Origin: Vitrella brassicaformis CCMP3155
Taxonomy: Eukaryota > Protista > Chromerida
Direction of reading: 5' to 3'
Length of the DNA: 64,000 nt
NCBI GenBank assembly: GCA_001179505.1
Contig: CDMY01000382.1
Location: 27,524 to 91,523, forward strand
Each line of letters starts with the position of its first letter. Within the stretch, counting starts at the first letter, position 1. The notes under the pieces are model-generated. The model was not told the DNA's origin. It was given only the letters and a program-made list of their open reading frames with translations, and searched no databases. The translations under genes were made by a program, and so were the position numbers. Of this stretch, positions 1 through 12,643 are shown one piece after another.

Positions 1-1864
1 CCACTCGTCTGTCCATCAGCAGGCCGCCCAACCTACCTTTGTGCATCTGGATGGCCTCCAAGTGTGCCGTCACGCACAGATACTCAGACATCTTCACACG
101 CTGCGCACACGAGTAAGCAAGCATATAGGTCCAACAGCCAGCCAGCCCACCTTTCTGCCATCCCTCGATCATCTCATTCTCACCACAGCATGCGTGTGCT
201 CCACTGACGGCGCATCGACCACCGACACATCGACGCCCCTGTCCCAGTCGAAGGTCTTGCCATCACCAGACCTCTTGGCAGCCGACCACCAAATGGGCGA
301 ATCCTTGTGTGCCTGCCGGTTGGCCCTCAGCTGCTCCATGGCTGGCCTCAGGAGGGGGTCTTTCTCGTACTCGCGCTGGAAGCGGGTCAGCAGCGCCTCC
401 CACACGAGCCACGCTGAGCCCTGACAGACAACAGAAGGAAGAGAAGGAAGAGAAGGAAGAGACAGAAAATGAATCAATCGGTCGTCGGGCGAGCGCTGTC
501 TGTTGTCTTGTCAGTCACCTTCTTGTGTGCGTTGAGGTGTGCGTTGAGCTTTGTGAATTCGTCTCTGGGCCCGCCAGTGGACAGCTCCACCACGCCAACC
601 TTGCAGGACGGATCGATCGCCGCACCCTCCTCCCATCTGCACACACACACATACACACACACACACACACATGCGTGAGCTGCACTCTGTGTGCGGTTCC
701 CCTGTGTGTGTGCATTTGTTGTCTCCCTCACTTGTGCAGTGCTGCAGCGGTCCCGGCTTTGAACGTCTGAAAAGGCTCAAGTGTGGGCGGCAGGGTGAAT
801 CCGAAGCTGAGGAACAGCTGAGGGTTTGACCGGTCGCCGTACGAGATGACGATCTCCTCACCCGCAGCAATCGCACGGCTCGCATTCACCTGACCGTGTG
901 TACACACACCACACATCGATGGCACACATTGACGGACGCCCAGCATCAGCCAGCCCCATATCATCCATGCGGTCATTCTCTGTCTGTCTACCTGCAGCGA
1001 GTCGACGACGGCATCAAACTGCCAGCGGGCATTTGCGAATCTCGATGGCGCATGGTTCAGCAGGTCAGCGCCACACGGGACCACATCACCCAACCCATTT
1101 GCCACAGCCATGCTCCGCGACTGCAGCAGTGCCGTCGCCCGCATGAACGACTCCAGGCCAAACCTCGGCCCGAGAATCCGCCTATCCACGTTGGCCAAAA
1201 TCTTCCTGTGGTCCTGGGCGTAGAAACTCCGATGCTTGGCCGCAAGGGTGGCCAGGAGGGATGGGGAGGCATAGAGGGGCGGCGCCGCGTCGGTGTGGTT
1301 GCCGGCAGCTATGGCGGGTAGCGGAGGGGTGGGCAGCGAGGCGATCAGCTTCAGCCACGCCTCCCACAGAGAATGTACCTCCTTAGTGCCCGAGATGACG
1401 GACAGAGGGGCGGCTGTGCCGTGTGTGTCGATGTGATCGAGGGCGAGAGCCATGAAGGCCTGCAGGGGCGCGTTGTGCTTCAGATGCAGGCCGGGGATCT
1501 TCTGCACCTCCGCCACCAGCGGGTGGATGCCCTCCACTGCCGAGCCCGTCAGCATCACCTTGCGTGGGATGGTCAACAGCACCTCGTTGGCCGCTATTGC
1601 CCGACTGGCCACAATCCCTCGATGGCCGCGCTGCCCCTCAGAGCCATCCAATAAAGTGAGGGCGGCACTGATGTGGCCGTCGTTGGCTCCCATTGCCGTA
1701 CGCAGTGCATCGAATGGCGTTGCAAGGGAGGTCGATTGGCCGACGATACTCCTCCATCTTGGCAGCACATGGGTGCTGAACAGACTGGCGATGACGGCTG
1801 ACAGGGCGCCGAGGCAGATGAGGGAAAAGCGCCCGCTCCAATTGCCCGCCGCAGCGGCTCCCAT
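1..1864 (-). CDS. SET-domain lysine methyltransferase (Rubisco LSMT/SETD3/SETD6-like), multi-exon, 3' end runs off the window
   Basis: ORF 728-2056 has GHRGIVASRAIAANEVLLTIP (SET-N) and ADLLNHAP; after removing a GT-AG intron at about 991-890 it reads ...VVDSLQ|VNASRAIAAGEEIVISYGDRSNPQLFLSFGF. Further exons at about 630-474, 423-170 and 100-45. Probable ATG at 1864. Confidence 0.8.
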
Positions 1865-2370
1865 GTCAGTTCCGTGTGCACTCGCCGCGTGTACGAGATC
1901 TGAAAGAACAAAGAGATAGGAATAATGCACCGATCGTGCCTTCGCGCGGTCCTTTCCTTTCCTCACCTTTGTTTCCTGCGAGCTGTCGCAGAGCATCTGC
2001 GAGCTTAGCACACAAAAGGGGAAGGAGCTCTTGCGCGTGATTGGCCTTTCCTTCACTCACACGGTCGCGAGCGGCTCAAGAAATCGCTCAGGCGCATCGG
2101 AAAGGTGCGTTTTCTGAGTTGCTCTGAGGGGAGAGAGAACGAGGTGGAGGTTTCCTGTCCTACCTTGTCACGCGAGCCATCTGTCGACATGCGTAAGATA
2201 ACACGCAACAGCGTAGAGAGAGAAGGCCGCCTCGCTGAGTGCGGGTGTGAATCAGACACTCTCATCTCTGTGTGGCGTGTTTGTGTGTTTGCGTGTTTGT
2301 GGACGGCTCTGATTGGCCACTATTGCAGGGGTGTCACTGGCCGGCGTGACTCGTGTGTGTTATTGCTTGG

Positions 2371-5300
2371 ATGAAGACGTGGAGGCAGCATGCCCGCGGG
2401 CGAGGCCTCTCACCTCAGCTTATGGACAGTGACCGTCCCCTGCTGCGGACAAGCCAGGACAACGACAACCAGTCCGACGTATTACCTACACACTCTCGCC
2501 AGACCCAACGCTCCACACGCTCGACAACTCGCCACGCCCCCCGGCCCGCCAATCGCAAAGACTACGACAGTCTGATCACCCTCAGCGACTCAGACACCGA
2601 CGAGCAAGACAAACAGCAGGGTCGTCACACTCCAGCCCCCCAATCGCTGGGCGCTCCCGCCATGATGACGGACACTTCCCCCCCTGGCGAGCACGGCGAC
2701 CCCACTGCTCGCTCCCCCCTCCCCCTCTCTGCCACTGATATCGGTCCCGAAGGGCAGATCGGTCGCCCGGGTTTGGAGCCAGATGAGCCGCAGCCGCCGA
2801 TGGACGAAGAGGAGACGGCCGAGATGCTGCCTCGGTCCACCACACAGGCGGCCGTCGGCCAGTGGCGGCAGCACTTCGTGAACTCGGTGCTGCGGGCCGA
2901 CCGCGTATCGCCGACCACTTCGCCCCGCATCCGCGAGATGTTTTATCACCACGAGGAGGAGGCGCACGTTCCCACCCGCACCAGCTCACAGGACTTCGCC
3001 ACCGTCGACTGGCGACACGACAGAGTGGCCTATGCGCGGCGTCAGCAGGAGCTGGAGCACTTCCAGGGCTTCTGTGCCACCTGCCGAGTGTACCTGGTCA
3101 AGGCTGAGGGCTGGATCTTCTGCGCGGCCATTGGTTTCATGGCTGCCGTGAGCGCCGCCTACATCGAGGTGGCCGGGGCGTACTTTGCTGACCTCAGGAT
3201 CGGCATCTGCCGAGGCATGTTCTGGATGGATCGCAGGTAGGTAGCCCCCGCCCGGGCGCCACACAAGATATATTATCTATCGAGAGGCAGGCGGCCATGT
3301 CATGATTCTCGTGTGTGTCTGGTCTGTGTGGCTCGTGTGTGTTAGGTATTGTTGCGGCAGTGATTTTGCGGTAGATTTCGCGCACAACCGTTGTCTGAAG
3401 GAGAGCGAGGATGTCATCGACCACCACGACCACCCCAACGAGTTCGACCACACCTCCTGGCTCTCCTGGGCCACAGTCCTGGGCATCAACGAACACAACT
3501 ACCTGGCCGCCTACTTGGCCGACTACCTCGTGTACGTCATCATCGCCATCGTCATGGCCTGCATTGCCGCCTGGCTCGTCCGCTCATACGCCAAGGCCGC
3601 GTCGGGCTCGGGGATCCCCGAGGTCAAGACCATCCTGGGCGGCTTCGTGATGAAGGGCACTCTGGGGGCCTGGACGCTGGCCATCAAGTGTGTGGGGCTG
3701 GGGCTCGCCGTGGCCAGCGGCCTGGCGCTCGGCAAGGAGGGCCCGCTCGTCCACGTGGCCTGCTGCTGGGCGAACCTTCTCTCCAGACTCTCGCTCAAGG
3801 TACCGTACCCGATCACCGCACCCAGCAGTCCATATGGTATGCAGTTTCTGTTTGAGTGTGTTGTGTTGTGTTGTGTCTGCCATGCAGTATCACGACAACG
3901 AGATGAAGAAGCGCGAGCTCATCTCAGCTGCAGCCGCGGCAGGTGTGTCGGTGGCCTTCGGGGCGCCCCTCGGCGGCGTGTTGTTCTCGCTCGAGGAGGT
4001 GTCGACCTACTTCCCGCCCAAGACGCTGTGGAAGAGTTTTTTTTGTGCGGTGGTGGCCGCCCTGACCCTCAAGTGGATCGACCCAAGGAGCACCGGGGCC
4101 CTCACAATGTTCCAAATCGACTACATTTCGCTGCTCGGGTCAGTCAGAAAACAGCAAGGGGAGAGAGAGAGAGAGAGGGACCGTGTGTATGTTTGCGTGT
4201 CTGTGGTATCTCTCTCTCCGTGTGTCTGTCTGCAGGACTTATCAGATCATCGAGCTGATCCCATTCGCCCTGCTGGGTCTGATGGGCGGGCTGCTGGGCG
4301 CGCTGTTCATCCACCTCAACATCCGCTGGTCGGCCAGCAAGCGCAACAACCCCACCATCCAGGCCAGCCCTGTCCTAGAGATGATGATCCTCACTCTTTG
4401 CACGGCCGTCATCAACTACCTCCTTCCCATGATGCGCGGCCCCGCCAGTGTGCTGCTGGAGCAGCTGTTCGGGCGGTGTGGGTCGACGGACAACCCAGAC
4501 ATGTTCTCAATGTGTTCCAAGAGCACTGACAGCTTCACCGAATATGACGTGGACTGGGGCATCTTTCTCTCGCTCTTCGCCGTCATGGTGCTGAGGTTCG
4601 TCCAGGCCGTCTTCACCTTCGGCAGCCCAGTGCCGGCGGGGCTCTTCATCCCTTCTCTCACCGTACAGACAGCCTGCCTGCGGGACGGGGGGGACCCACA
4701 CGCGCATCCGTGTGATGGGATACCTACCCACTTGTGTGTGTGTGTCTTGTGGAGCAGATCGGTGCGTGTTTCGGTCGTTTGGTGGGTCTGCTGATGATTC
4801 GTTTGAACAACGCGATCCCGCTGATCCAGGAGTGCCACAAGTGCATCCAGCCGGGCATCTACGCCATGGTGGGGGCGGCAGCCATGCTCGGCGGCGTCAC
4901 CCGCATGACCATCTCACTGGTAGGTACACGCGCATCCATCGCACCCACACAAACCATCCATCCATCCATCCCATCAGAGAGGCAGCACCGCACATGTGTG
5001 TGTGTCTTGCCTTGTCTTGGTGTGTGTGCAGGTTGTGATAATGTTTGAGTTGACGGGCGGTCTGAGTTACATTGTGCCGTTCATGATATCGGTCATGATA
5101 TCCAAATGGGTCGGCGACGCCTTTTTCCCGGGCGTATACGACTGCTACATCCGGCTCAAGGGATACCCCTACCTGGAGTCGTCAGCTGACGTAACAGCCA
5201 AACCACACACACACACACACACAGCTCCCATCCGTCTGTGCGCATGGCATGGTGTTTGTGTGCAGGTGACCTTCACGGCTCGCGCGTGTGACATAATGGA

Positions 5301-6778
5301 GGACCGGCTGGTGGTCATCACTCTCGAGGGCAACACCATCGCATCCCTCCAGCAAAAACTGACAAGGTCAGCCGCCCCACCCCCCCACTACAGTCTCAGC
5401 AGACACGGATACCCACGTCCCATGCTTGTGTGTGTCTGTGTGCGCAGGTACAGCTTCAGCGGATATCCTCTGGTCAGCACGCGCAAGGACATGATCCTCC
5501 TGGGCTACATCGCCTCCAAGGACCTCGCCAACGCACTCGACAAGGCACTCGAGAACCCCGAGGTCCGCGGCACCACCATGTGCAGATTCCTCAAGTACTC
5601 ACGGGTACTCGGGATGATGTCAGCCGCTAGGGCGAGGGCGAGAGGTGAGTCTGTCAGCGAGCAGCCAAACCACCAACCAATGGCCATCTTCATTCATTGA
5701 TGTGTGTGTCAGCCGCGGCGGGCGCGACCCCTTTGTCGGTGAGTTTTGCGGGTCGGGCGGCGAGTGTGGTCATGACGCCGTCGCCCCGCCAGTTGCCCAC
5801 GGCTGAGGACCTGGTGAGCTATGGCGGGGAGCCGTTTGTGGACCTGAGCGACATAGTGGACGAGCACATCATCCAGCTGGTGCCTGAGACGCCACTCGGA
5901 CAGATATACAACATGTTCAGGCAACTCGGACTCAGGTGAATGCGATGTAGGTGGTGGGGACACATCATCCACTGACTCACACGTGTGTGTGTGTGTGTGT
6001 GTGTAGGTTCTGTCTGCTGACGCGGCACGGCAAGCTCGAAGGCATTCTGACGAAGAAGGTGGGAGCGGAGAGCTGACTGACACAGACAGACAGCCAAGAC
6101 ACATGTGCACCGTACCCCAACGTTGACCCACCTGACCTGCTGTGCTGTGACCGCCAGACGTTTTTGACGCACATGGAGCTGGCTCACCCAGCGGACCTGC
6201 CCAACATCCACACACCCCTGCCCTACCCCACTCCCAACCGACGAGGCCGCGACACACAGATCGAAGTCACAGCAGACTCCCCCGCACACGGGCCTCTGGT
6301 AAGCCAATGTGGCCCACCACACCACACCACACGACAGGACACCAGCGATGAATGCACTGCACAATCCAATTCACCATGTGTGTGTCTGTCTGTGTGTGAT
6401 CCCATCACATAGGTGATGACGGCGAGCTCCGAGCAGGCCCCCCGGATCATTGTGCCGCCCAAGCTGCCCACCACCTATTCCACTCCCGCCCAGCTGACGG
6501 CGCGGCGAGAGAGGGCCGCCACGGAGGCCGGCACATCGCTGCCGCAGACCACTCCCCCAGACATGAACGGCGACGGACACCTGCAGGAGAGCAATGGCTC
6601 GAGCCGGGAGGACGACAGGGCGCGGCTCATCGATGTGGAGACGCCGCCAAGAGACCCCCGGCGGCAGGTCAGCGAGCCGGGCAGCAGCAGATATGGCGGC
6701 AGTGGGGGGAGTGGTGGTGGGGGTGGCAGGCAGAGCGACGGTGACGCGCCTGGCAATACCAAGGAGGGAGAGCCATAG
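2371..6778 (+). CDS. CLC: CLC-family Cl-/H+ exchanger (ClC-3/4/5-like) with C-terminal CBS domains, multi-exon
   Basis: Signature motifs [14 protein letters not shown] (gating Glu), GGVLFSLEE (proton Glu), GLFIPS, GVYDCYI, then CBS-type segments (YSFSGYPLV..., VPETPL...MFRQLGLR). Stop TAG at 6776-6778. Confidence 0.93.
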
Positions 6779-7250
6779 CTTTAGCCGCAGACAGACAGGA
6801 GAACTGATGGATGATGCACTCACAGACAGACAGACAGACAGACAAGGGCTGACTGACACGTGTGGTGTCTGTCGTGTGGGGTGCGTGCCGTTTGTTTCTA
6901 TCGGACATGTGTACGTCCGTATCCGCTGGCCGGCCAGCCGGGGGATCGGTGGAGGTTTGTTTGTCTGGTCGTCTCGATACGCTCGTATCGGCTCCCTCGG
7001 GTTTTTTCAGTGCGAGCGAGCGAGCGACCCCTCCGCCTTCACGGCTGGCTGTCTCCCTCCCTGCCTCCCTCGCTATGTCTGTGGCCCTCTGCGTTCGCTG
7101 GCCCGTTGGTTCGTAGGGTGTGGGAGAGAGAGGGGGTGGGCGATTGGCTGGCTGGGTGGTTTCAGATGGGATGAGCTCGGCCTCAGCTCCCCTGGTCTGA
7201 CTGACAGCAAACAGAGAGCCGTAGATAGATGACGTTGCTATCGTCGTGTT

Positions 7251-7306
7251 TGTGCGTTGTCCTGGCGGCTGCGCGATGTGTGCGTTGTCCTGGCGGCTGC
7301 GCGATG
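7251..7306 (+). repeat. Perfect 28-bp tandem duplication (2 copies)
   Basis: tgtgcgttgtcctggcggctgcgcgatg x2 in the intergenic/3'UTR region. Confidence 0.85.
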
Positions 7307-7531
7307 TGGTGGCATTCGGCACTGGATTGTGGGCAGCGCACGCAGACACGATTGGTCGCCTGTGTGAGCAGCCTACGAGCCGCAGCTGTATGCCGTCCGT
7401 CCGTCCAGCCAGCCAGCCATCCCGACAATCTTGCTATATCTCACTGACTGTCGAGTGTCTTCATACCTTCGTGTGTGAGTGTGAGTGGTCAGCCGATGTC
7501 CTGTCGTCTGAGCAGCCAAGTGCTGGCGAGA

Positions 7532-7568
<37 letters not shown>

Positions 7569-7934
7569 TGTGAGGGGCCGCTCTGACCGTTTTTGAGCTC
7601 CGTGAGTGATATTCCTTCCGTGCACCCGACTGACAATTGCGTGCCACGCTCTCTGTATGAGGCTGTACGTGTTGCGTGTGCGTTAAATGCGTTTGTGTAT
7701 GTGTGTGGACTCATCCACCACATCTATCTATGTGGTGTATGTGTTTGAACGCATCGTCTACCTACCTTGTCTAAACCATCCACGCGTGTGCGTGTGTGTG
7801 TCATTCCCATCATGCGAGGCAGCCACACAACCACCATTCGTTGACTCATTCAAACACACGACATGTCGATGCGATAAGAGTCCGCAGTCTCGGCCTACTT
7901 GTCGATTCGATCTGAGACCACCATCCACCCACCT

Positions 7935-8962
7935 CTATCTTGGCAGCTGCACTGTGTGTGTCCCCTTCTCGGCCGCCGTCTGCAGCAAAGCCGTCATGCC
8001 ACTCTCACTGCTACCATCCTCATCAACCTGCAATCGGAGGGCAGCACACACATACACGCGCTCACACACGCCATCCACACAGATGTGTGTACCTCGACAG
8101 TTGCCTGTGCCTGCTGGTTGTCGTATGCAGCGGGAGCGTCCGTGCCCTCGTCAGTGGCTCCGTCTGTCCCCTGCTCTCCCGGCAATGGGCCCAATGTGTT
8201 CTACACACACACACACACACACATGCATCCGTCTCTCTCGAGCAGGGTGTAAATGTGAAAGGGTGTGTGCGTATGTCTGTCTGACCGTGACTATTCTGTA
8301 AGTCCTGTGTGTGGGAGGTGGCGAGTACTGCAGCGGCACCAGGCGGGGCTGCGGATTGGGCTGGACGAAGGCTGTCTGGTCGACGGCCGTCCCCTGCTGC
8401 ACCAGGGGGACCTGACAACAAACAACACAGTGGGATGTCACATGCCATGCGTGTCTCCTCTTGCCCTTCCCACCTCCAGATCTTCGTCTTGCTCTTGTTG
8501 CTGTCGCTGTCGCTGTCGTTGGCGTGAGGAGGAGGACATCACAAACTCACGGGCGTCGGGCACAGACGACTGCTGCAGAAACAAACAGGGAACATCTGAA
8601 CACACTGACTGGAATGCTTCGGTCTCCTTGCAAGGGTACTTCCTGATCTCTGCCGTCGTCTTGTATACTCCCTCCTCCCTCCCCGCCCCTGTTGTCCCCC
8701 TTAATACGATACCCCAGGTCTTGAGCAGCCTCCCGCAGACTGCTGCTCGTCGCACTGCCTACCAGGGCCGCCTGTGGCTGCGCCATTCTGTTCTGAATAC
8801 CGCGTCTCACCGGGTGAGGGGGCGATTGTCTGGGTGGGGTTAGTAGATGTGTCAGATTATGGTTGGTGGAGTCAGCCAGGATGTCAGAGATGGTCTGCTC
8901 CTCCTGAAGTCAACTCAAGATGGATCAATAAATGAGAACTGCTGTTTGCTTGTTTCCTCTCC

Positions 8963-9003
<41 letters not shown>

Positions 9004-10311
9004 TCTGGGGGGATGGGGGAAGGCACCGACGCGTGCTAGTTGCTGCTGCAGATTGAGTAGGTCTGCTTCTCGGCTGTCCAGGGCCGCCTCGCGCACCTCC
9101 AACCAGCCCTCGCGCTGCATACATAAGGATAGCCAGCCAGTGCCAGCCACAACACCACACACAGACATGACAGACGACTTCCATGGCTTCCTCTCATTGA
9201 CCTTTTCCAAGTCTTGCAGCATCCTCAGCGCCATATCGCCCCCCTCCCCCGCCCCCCGGCGCAGCTGCTGCACACCTGATGTGGCCGTTGACTTCAGACG
9301 GGCTGCCGGTGGCTGTTGTGGCTGTTGTTGTGGGTGTTCTTGTGGCTGTTGGTTCCATGCCGGCACCATGGCCGCCTCGTTCTGCTGCGGGGCCCTCTCG
9401 TACTCGGCATACTGCTGCTGGAGGCCGGCCACATATCGCTGGTAGTCACTGGGCGAGTGGGGAGCATAGACATTGCGCCGCTGCGCCAACAGGGGTAGTG
9501 GGTGGGTATTGCTCACTCGAGGCACCTTCTCCCGTGCGACAGACGAGTATATCACTGTGGCGGGCAGCCGCTGCTGAGTGGGCTGCCCTGCCGTCGCAAT
9601 GGATGGGACCATTCGCCGCAGCTGGTTCAGCTGGTCATGCGACATCCTCTTCATCTTGGTCAGCACAATCCGCTGGTCCAGCCGCACAGTGTCCGCTGCA
9701 TTGCTGAGGCACTGTGTGTTCCCGGGCGTCGCGTAGGCGAAGTAGTTGGACGAGTTGCCGAGGTAAGTGGCCATGTCGAGAGCCACAGAGGGCGCCTGGC
9801 CGTCAGGGAGCACCGTGCCGTAGACAGCCGGGGTGTGGTCGAGGACCATCCGCATCAGATGGCTGTCAGTCTCCCCGGCCTTGAACAGCAGCGACACCCC
9901 CAGTGTGCGGCCAGAAGTGCCCCTGTGGGCAATGACCACCTCCAGAGGGAACCGCTGAGCGCTCTCTCCCAGCGTGTGCTGCGACGGCGAATGGATATCG
10001 ACGAACAGCGCTGCAAATTGCTCGCCCTTGTAGATCAGGCCCCCGAAAGAGGGCGCGGTCAGCCGCAGCCCGCTGCCGTCATTTTGCACAGCAAATAGGG
10101 TGGTTGGGGCGTAGTCGAGCACCAGCTGGCCATCCTCCGGCACAAAGGGCGGCTGGATGTTGATCGGGCCCTGCTGCACCGAACAGCTGGAAGCCGCTTG
10201 AAGGTTGAGGTCTGCACCAGAATCTGCAAGCGCAAGGGCCGCGGGAGGAAAATGGCAAAGGGAAGCCAGCAGCAGCAGGGCCAGACGACGAACGCTGCAA
10301 GGGCTTTTCAT
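7935..10311 (-). CDS. Secreted alpha-carbonic-anhydrase-related protein with degenerate zinc site and long low-complexity/coiled-coil C-terminus, multi-exon
   Basis: Signal peptide MKSPCSVRRLALLLLASLCHFPPAALALA; alpha-CA-like motifs QGPINI, DIHSPSQHTL, FPLEVVIAH, LGVSLLF, NYFAY. Downstream exons traced through GT-AG introns to ...GTHTVQLPR* at 7935; 3' exons less certain. Confidence 0.7.
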
Positions 10312-11083
10312 CTCAAGAAGTCGCCATCCCACGACGTATCCTACGAGAGCAGCGATGTGCCGAACAATTGGTGTCGGAGAAGGCCTCTGAGTCTTCCCCG
10401 TGGATTATCAGGCCGACGGATGGTCGTAAACGATGCCCGGACCGCAAATGAAGTGCGCAGGCCGCAAACAGGCCTCAGCGATGAGTTCCTTGCCGCAGAT
10501 CTTGGAGTGAGTTGGGGTAGGAGGAAAACAAGCGAGGGTGCCCTTCCTGTGTAGAGAGAATGGACACTAATGACGTTTGCACTTACAGCATGGCAGCAGT
10601 GGTCGGTCGGCACATGATGCAAAGGCAGACAGACGAACAGGCAGACATTTAGGGCAATGCGTCTTGACTCATTGGGTTGAGTAAATGCAGACGTACAGAA
10701 TTTCCCTTCTGACGCACACATGACGTGCGGTCCACCCACCTTTTTCACATACCTGGCAGTACCCTTGCATGCACTACATCCACACACACACACACACACA
10801 CACACAGCAGAGAGCAAAAAGCAGGACAAAAGAGCAAAAAGCGCCGCAGCGCGCCAAAGGGCAATGCAAAAAGTGCTGGCCCGTCTCGCCAACCAAACCA
10901 CGGCATACACACATACATGCGCCTGTCATCCCTCACTTGCACCAAACTGTCTGTCTGTCCGTCTGACGCCTCCCTCTCTACTGCCGTCCCCATGGAAGAA
11001 TGTGTACCATCACATAACTGTGAGCTCGGATCAGCAGCTGCCACAGCAGCGATGTCCACAGCTGCCGCCACCAATGCACCACC

Positions 11084-11970
11084 TCATATTTCTGAAGAAA
11101 AGTATCCCCACAACAGAGGGACATAAGCGAATGGATTGTACGGATAGATGGACCCATGCACGCACGTATATATGCCATTCCTTCATCATGGCCGGATGAT
11201 AGATGGATGGATCGATCAATAGACGGACGGACGAATGGATGGGTGGTCTTACTTACCCTGGAGCTCACGATGCGGCACCGACTTGGTCTCGTCGAGGCGG
11301 CGGACGCCACAGCTCGTCTCGTCATAGCATTTCATTCCCCCGGGGCACTCGCCGTCGACACGTCCTGCACACAGACAGACAGACAGACAGACACACAACC
11401 AGGACAGGACAGATCGAATCGACAGGCCGTCATGCGTGCTGTGCACGCATGCAGGCGCACAAGCATCCAACCAAAGCGCTGGCTCCCCCTTACAGACATA
11501 CCAGGGCACGGATTCTGACCGCACACGATGAGGCCGGGGTCGCTGGCGCAGAAGCATGTGTCGCAGGCTGCAGGCAGGCATGTCAGTCAAAGGAAGGAAG
11601 GAAAGACAGCACCCATGCATCCACGTATATATGCCATTCCTTCATCATGGCCGGATGATAGATGGATGGATCGATCAATAGACGGACGGACGAATGGATG
11701 GGTGGTCTTACTTACCCTGGAGCTCACGATGCGGCTCGTCCCCTTGGCCCAAGCAGTCAGAGTCGCAGTCTGTCTCGCAGATGTATACGCACCCCGCCAC
11801 ACCGCCCTGCAGCTGCCTGTGGGCCTCTCTCTCTTGCACACCTGCAGCCAGAGGACAAATATGCCATCGTGGGTGTGTGTGTGTGTGTGTGTGTGTACCT
11901 CTCATGGCGGGATTTGCTGCTGATGCGATGGCGAGGCCATGAGGGCGACCACCGAAGTGCGAGGGGCCAT
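11084..11970 (-). pseudogene. Copy 1 of a small Cys-rich secreted protein gene; exon 1 carries a 10-nt frameshifting deletion
   Basis: Exon 1 from ATG 11970 lacks the 10 nt (plus-strand gggcgacgaa) present in copy 2, giving MAPRTSVVALMASPSHQQQIPP*. Downstream exons are intact, including exon 4 at 11257-11364 (GRVDGECPGGMKCYDETSCGVRRLDETKSVPHRELQ). Last exon (EI*, about 11084-11091) is tentative. Could be an allele or assembly artefact. Confidence 0.55.
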
Positions 11971-12276
11971 TGTAGCTGCACGAGGCGCTGACCAAGTGGA
12001 GTGCTGAGGGAGTCAGACGGCGCGAAGGGAAGGTGCGAGGAGTGAACACAATTAAGCTGAGGAAGGAAGGAAGGCAGGCTGCTTGAGTGAGGTCGGTGTG
12101 CGATGAATTGTTTCCGCCTTTGAGCCCCTGCTGGTGCCCTAGACAGCACGGGAGAGCACTCATGCTGTCTTATCGTGCGTTCTCGCCACAAAAACTCTCC
12201 TATCTTCGGATCGGATCACAACGGGCGAGCTTATGTGGGGAGGAAAGAGAAAAGAGGACAAGGAAGGCTGCCAGGC

Positions 12277-12576
12277 NNNNNNNNNNNNNNNNNNNNNNNN
12301 NNNNNNNNNNNNNNNNNNNNNNNNNNNNNNNNNNNNNNNNNNNNNNNNNNNNNNNNNNNNNNNNNNNNNNNNNNNNNNNNNNNNNNNNNNNNNNNNNNNN
12401 NNNNNNNNNNNNNNNNNNNNNNNNNNNNNNNNNNNNNNNNNNNNNNNNNNNNNNNNNNNNNNNNNNNNNNNNNNNNNNNNNNNNNNNNNNNNNNNNNNNN
12501 NNNNNNNNNNNNNNNNNNNNNNNNNNNNNNNNNNNNNNNNNNNNNNNNNNNNNNNNNNNNNNNNNNNNNNNNNNNN
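12277..12576. other. Assembly gap (300 N)
   Basis: Run of N. Confidence 0.99.
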
Positions 12577-12643
12577 CGTGCTGTGCACGCATGCAGGCGC
12601 ACAAGCATCCAACCAAAGCGCTGGCTCCCCCTTACAGACATAC

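Noticed and set aside
1900-1930. Possible 31-nt GT-AG intron upstream of the SET ATG
   Set aside because: Shorter than the other introns here and not needed for the reading frame; cannot be supported without transcripts.
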